From assembly GCA_965644295.1 (NCBI GenBank), contig CBFFRP010000599.1:1-51205 (forward strand): a DNA stretch of 51,205 nt. The letters are read 5' to 3'. Source of the stretch: Paraphysomonas bandaiensis. Lineage: Eukaryota; Protista; Chrysophyceae. Shown here piece after piece: positions 46,566 through 51,205 of this stretch. Every line of letters starts with the position of its first letter. Within the stretch, counting starts at the first letter, position 1. Both the position numbers and the translations under genes were made by a program. Under the pieces are notes generated by a model that did no database searches, was not told where the DNA came from, and saw nothing but the letters and a program-made list of their open reading frames with translations.

Positions 46566-49500
46566 TATGAAAGTCTGATTATTACATGAGTACGGTTGCG
46601 TACAGAAACTAGTTTATGTCTATAGACTAGCTAATAACTAGATTTGCTATATACTACTAGTGGCGGGCAACCGTCTCGGGACTGCTTGTGCATCGCTGCG
46701 AGCACCATGGTGCAACCGTCCCTTGTAGTGAGGTTAGTCGGGGGGTCTACCTTTGGGCAATGTGTCTGGCGGGCCTGTGCCATGGATTATGTGGGGGGTG
46801 GGTGAGGCGAGTTGTATATGAGAGTGCAAGTCGGTGGTGGAGATGGTGCTGGTTGTTGAGGTGGGGTTTCGGCTACAAGTAAGGAGAAGTTGTTTTCCGG
46901 AGTGGTTGCGCTTGCCTCTGTCGGGTCTGGGCTCTTGCAGAGAGTGTAGTTCGTGGGGTGGATGTCGCCTGGAGTAGCTGGAGTACTTTTGGTGTCGGGT
47001 GGGTATCCTGGGGCTGGCGGGGCTTTGCGTGTGTCGGGACCGGTGTCGCCGGTGTCGTGTCTACGTTGTGGTGTCTGTGTCCCCTATTGCGAAGCATGCG
47101 GAGCCCTCCATCATATAGGGGGAGTAGGATAGAGGCGATGGATTTTTCTAGGGCGTGGAATTGATGTTCGAGCAGTGAGCTGGATATGTGGCGTCCGAAT
47201 GCGTCGGCCATTTGTGTGGCAGTAATGTGGCCGGTCCAGTAGCGCTCAACCTGGGGGGTGGCTGGGTTCCATGCGGCTTTGGCTAGTTTGGTTATGGCGG
47301 TGTAAAACCAGGGATGGGGGAGCGTGCGCGTGCGAAGTTTGTCAAGCTTATTGTGGTGTGCTTGGTGGACATCTTCACGTATGTGAATGATGTGAGTGCA
47401 GGTGAGAAGCATGTGCGCCATGTTGTCTGTGGGGTGTGCACAGTCTGCGCATGTGGAAGCCGTTGTGCGATCGTGTCCGGATTTTCCTTTGGCTCGGTTT
47501 CTACCCATTGCAAAGGATTTGTCCCATACGTATGCCGTCTCGCGTATACGCTCTGCGAGGGGGATGTAGTGTTTGGAGGAGTTATGGGTACGGAGGGGAT
47601 GGAGCTTGTGTGGGAGCCTTGTTCCGCTGCGTGTCCAATACTGCGGGTCTCGTTGCGTTTGTGCAGCATACATGCTATCTCGTCGGAGGGTGTATTGATG
47701 GAGGTCCCACTGGTGGTGGAGATCTGTAACGTCTCCTAGCATAGGACCGAGGTCTGTGAGGAGGTGTGTATCGTATCTACGCCAGTGCCATTGACCCGTG
47801 GTGAAGAATTCTTCCAGTATGTGCGTAGCGTCTGTTGTGACAACACTGTAGTTGGAGGCTCCGAGCACTTTGTCTAGTGTCTTCCAGTCGCCGCTGGCGG
47901 CGGCGTCAGCTATATAAATGCCGTGGTCAGTGTAGGTCCAGTTGCTTTGATCTTGTGTTCTACGTTCGGGGTGCGAACGCGTCCATTGTATTGGGCGCTG
48001 TTTAAGAGCTGTGGTGGCGAGGCATTCGTAAAATATTCCCTGGGGCTTTGTTCCGAGGGCGCGCCGTCTGTGTGAGAGGGCCTCTTTGGTCCGCGTCTGT
48101 ACCGCCTGGCAGTCAGTCCAGATTGGCACGGAAGAGTGGAGTACATTGGAGAATGTCAGTGCTGCTGACATTGCAAGGGTTTCGTAGGTGTATGCGTTGA
48201 GGCCAGGCGCAGTGTACTGTGGTGCCGTAAGTTGTAGGATTTTGGTTTGTCTGTGACCCCAGGTGTTCTTGGGCGGGAGCCATACAATTGCAGCTCCTCC
48301 GTCGTGAGAATTGGGCTGTGTGTGGGTGTTGCCGAGTAGGTGAGCAGGGGTGAGGTGTGTGCGTGTGAAGGATCCATCCGTGAAGATGGCTTTGTAAGCA
48401 TATTTGTGATCATTGTACAGTTGTAGCTGTGATTGGACTTTGTCAATGGTAGCTCGGAATTGTGGCGTAGCTGGGGAGGGAGGTTGTATTCTGATGCCTA
48501 GTTGTTGCCCCCATTGTACCAGACTGGTGATGTACGTGTCAACGTCCTGGGGGGGGTGCTCGTAGCGTTGCAAGAGCGATATGGCCGCACTCTTGGGCTG
48601 TCCTCCGAGTGTGAGAGCTCGTTGAAGAGTATGCCATTTCTGAGTCTGGGCGTGGGTTGAAAATTTGCGCAGTCCAAGCCCTTTGTATTTCGGGGGAAGG
48701 TAGATAAGATCCGTGGGATATCCAGGGGGGAGACGGAGTATTTTCCTAGCGGCCTGCGCGAGTAGTTTGTCTATGGCGATGTATTTAGCGTATGTCCAGG
48801 ATGCTTTGGTGGCCTTGTATAGTAGGGTCGGGAGTATTTGTGTGTTGAGGACGAGTAGCTTGCAGTCAGGTGTCGCGCATTTGGATCGTAGAACTGCCGT
48901 GGATGTGGCTATATGTAGGTGGTGCACCAGCTGTGGGAGTCGGTGTCCTTTACTGAGAATGGAAGTTGTACGCCGAGATACTTGGTGGAATTGGTGGTTG
49001 TTCGGATGGGGATGGGGTGTGGGCACCAGTTCCAGTCTCTGATGATGATGTGTGGGTTTGATTCTAACATGGCCGTCACCGCAAATGGGGCTCCCAGGGC
49101 AATGCATTCAGTTTTGGGGATGTTTAGTTGCATTCCGGAGAAGGCGCAGAAGGATGAGAGTTTGTCGGCCTTGAGCTGTGATTTGGGAGAGGTCATCTGC
49201 GTACGCCTCATCTTGGCTATCATCATCATGTAGGTCAGACCAGCATAGGATCATGTCAAAGATGACGATCCATGCAACTGTGGATTCAGTTCCACCTTGT
49301 GTGACCCCTCTCTCCGCGGAGAATCCCATGTCAGGGTGCTGGATAAAGGAGCCATCTGAGCCAAGCAGTTCTTCGAGTGATCGGGGATCGATGTTGTCGG
49401 CCATGTGTGGGGTCCAGATGAAGGTGCGACCCCCATCGTCGAGGTCGCTTAGCCATTTGATCGTGTCATCGGGGACACCAAGTCTTGCCCATGCTAATTT

Positions 49501-51205
49501 GAGAAGATTGGGTGCGATGGAGTCGAAGGCCTTTTGAAAGTCCCAGAAGGTGCAGAGTTTCACATGCCCGGTAAGTTTGGCCAGTTCCGTGGCCGCGAGG
49601 ACTCGTAGAATGGCCGTGTCCGTGCCGTGTCGCCATCGATAGCCGTGTTGCGCAGGGTGTAGGACTTCATCTTCTTCCCATATGTGGAGGAGCCGGTGGG
49701 TGATGATACGGGTCATTAGTTTGCGCAAAACCTCTAGGAGCCCTATCGGTCGGAGGTTCTTTAGAGACGTGTGTCCTGGTTTTTTAAGAAGTGGCGTCAT
49801 GACTCTGTCTCTCCACCAGCGTGGCACATGGCGATGGGTCCAGAGGGTTTGGAGGAGGCCTAAAACTTCAATCTTTATTTCAGGGGTCCATTTCTTTATC
49901 ATGTTGGTGGTGACCATGGATGGTCCGGGCGCTTTATCCTTGGCCATCCCGTCCAGAGTGGAGTGGAACTCGCTTATTGTGATCTGCTGTCGTAGAGCGT
50001 CTTGGATCTTTTTAGCTGTGGCGGAGGTAACCTTTGTTTTGCATAGGTTTCGTAAGCCGAGCTGGTGGTGATCGGGAATGGCGGAGTGTGGATGCAAGGG
50101 TGTGTTCATGTCGGCGCCAGCTGCGAGCTCGTGCCACCAGGTGTCGTCATGATGTAGCTTGTGGGCGACTGGGTCAAGTCCGGATGGGATGGAGTGGTGG
50201 GCTGTGAAATGTTTGTTCAGCTCGTCCTGTATGTCTATGGGGAGGGTTAGGGTGGCTCCGTCCTCTAGGGTGAGTCGGGTGAGGGGTGGCGTCTGTTTGC
50301 GCTTCAATCCTATTGTCTGAAGGACTTTTCCGATGTGTTGGAGTTCCAGGTGGGCTTGGATGGTGTGGGTCCTGTGGGTCATACGCTTCCGCATTTCTGT
50401 TCTTGCTCTTCCTTGGAGCATTCGGGTAAGGTTATCCCGTAGGGTGTCAAAGTGTGTGCTATTGATGGTCGCAACAGTCCATGTCAGCATCTGGCGTGGA
50501 TCCACGGCAGGCTTGATGATGGTGGTGGGTGGGTGGGATGGGTCCTCTGAAGCGTGGTCCAGGGCGGCTATGGTGACCTCCCATCGCTGGAGGCCTCTTC
50601 GTGTAAGACTGTAGAGACGTGTGTCATCTACATGAGGGTGGAGATAGCCGGCTCTGTTGAAAAACTTTCTCTTTAGATAGATGACTAAGTGGAGTGCTGT
50701 TTGAATAACTCTCATTTCCGCAGAAAAGCCGTCTTTGAAGCGGGAACGTTTGCGTTGGCAGAGGTGGTGAATGCGTGTTTTCTTCGTTCTATCTGCGCTA
50801 CGTGTGTCGTGAGCCGCGTCGATGGTGATGCGATGGATTAGTGCTAGTTTGGTGGCGGCGCGGTCGGCAGGGTGTGGGTGTGCCGAGGGCTCCGGGAGGG
50901 ATTGATGATGTGTGCTGAGATGCTGTTGGTATTCCTCCACCATTTCCTGATCGGCGGGATTGATGTTAAGCCTTGGCGGGATCTGAAGGTGTTGCTCCTT
51001 CGGCAGGGGGGGTCCTGTTCCACTGATGCAGAGGTCGGTCCAGACCGGTCTGTGGTCAAAAGTTGCTGCCGTGAGGGCGTCCGAGGTGTAGCACCCGTTG
51101 CCAGAAATTTGTATGTATGTGGGAAGAGGTGTATGTAGAATGTGGTCTATTCTGGAGATTCCGCGGTCTTTCCGGAAGAAGGTGAAGTACGGGTCCTCAG
51201 TGTTT
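46566..51205 (-). mobile_element. Non-LTR retrotransposon (LINE) ORF2: APE endonuclease-RT-RNase H-zinc finger; 5'-partial, frameshifts near 49185 and 48912
   Basis: Frame open to the window end with APE motifs YFTF, SRIDHIL, DHRPV; RT KAPGP, RPIGLL, QHGYR, DFQKAFDS, GVTQG, YADD, KYLGV; RNase H FTDGS, E, WTDCQ, WTRSH, ADAAA; CADC…HMLLTC. Confidence 0.93.

Overview
Repeat-rich eukaryotic genomic DNA. The ~50-nt GT-AG introns and element types suggest a stramenopile/chrysophyte-like protist (inference). Left part (1-15.7 kb) is a three-level nest. A complete Ty3/Gypsy element (3498-12826) has ~1.43-kb LTRs that each carry an antisense SET-domain (lysine methyltransferase-like) gene. It is inserted in the 3' end of pol of a sister Gypsy element (1-14076), whose 3' LTR in turn truncates an AT-rich viral-type D5/SF3 helicase gene flanked by origin-like inverted repeats. 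Both Gypsy elements have an atypical RT motif (IFDN instead of YxDD), TG...TA termini and a chromodomain-like integrase tail. The middle holds host genes (sulfotransferase, 4-exon isovaleryl-CoA dehydrogenase, a ubiquitin-like pseudogene, an F-box/ankyrin-like repeat gene and its decayed paralogue), two (TATG)n arrays and a Copia fragment. Next is a ~14.6-kb higher-order satellite (26668-41261), then a frameshifted Copia element truncated by an RNase H-bearing LINE on the minus strand. The best candidate for an undescribed system is the SET-domain gene carried inside the LTRs of a chromodomain-type retrotransposon.
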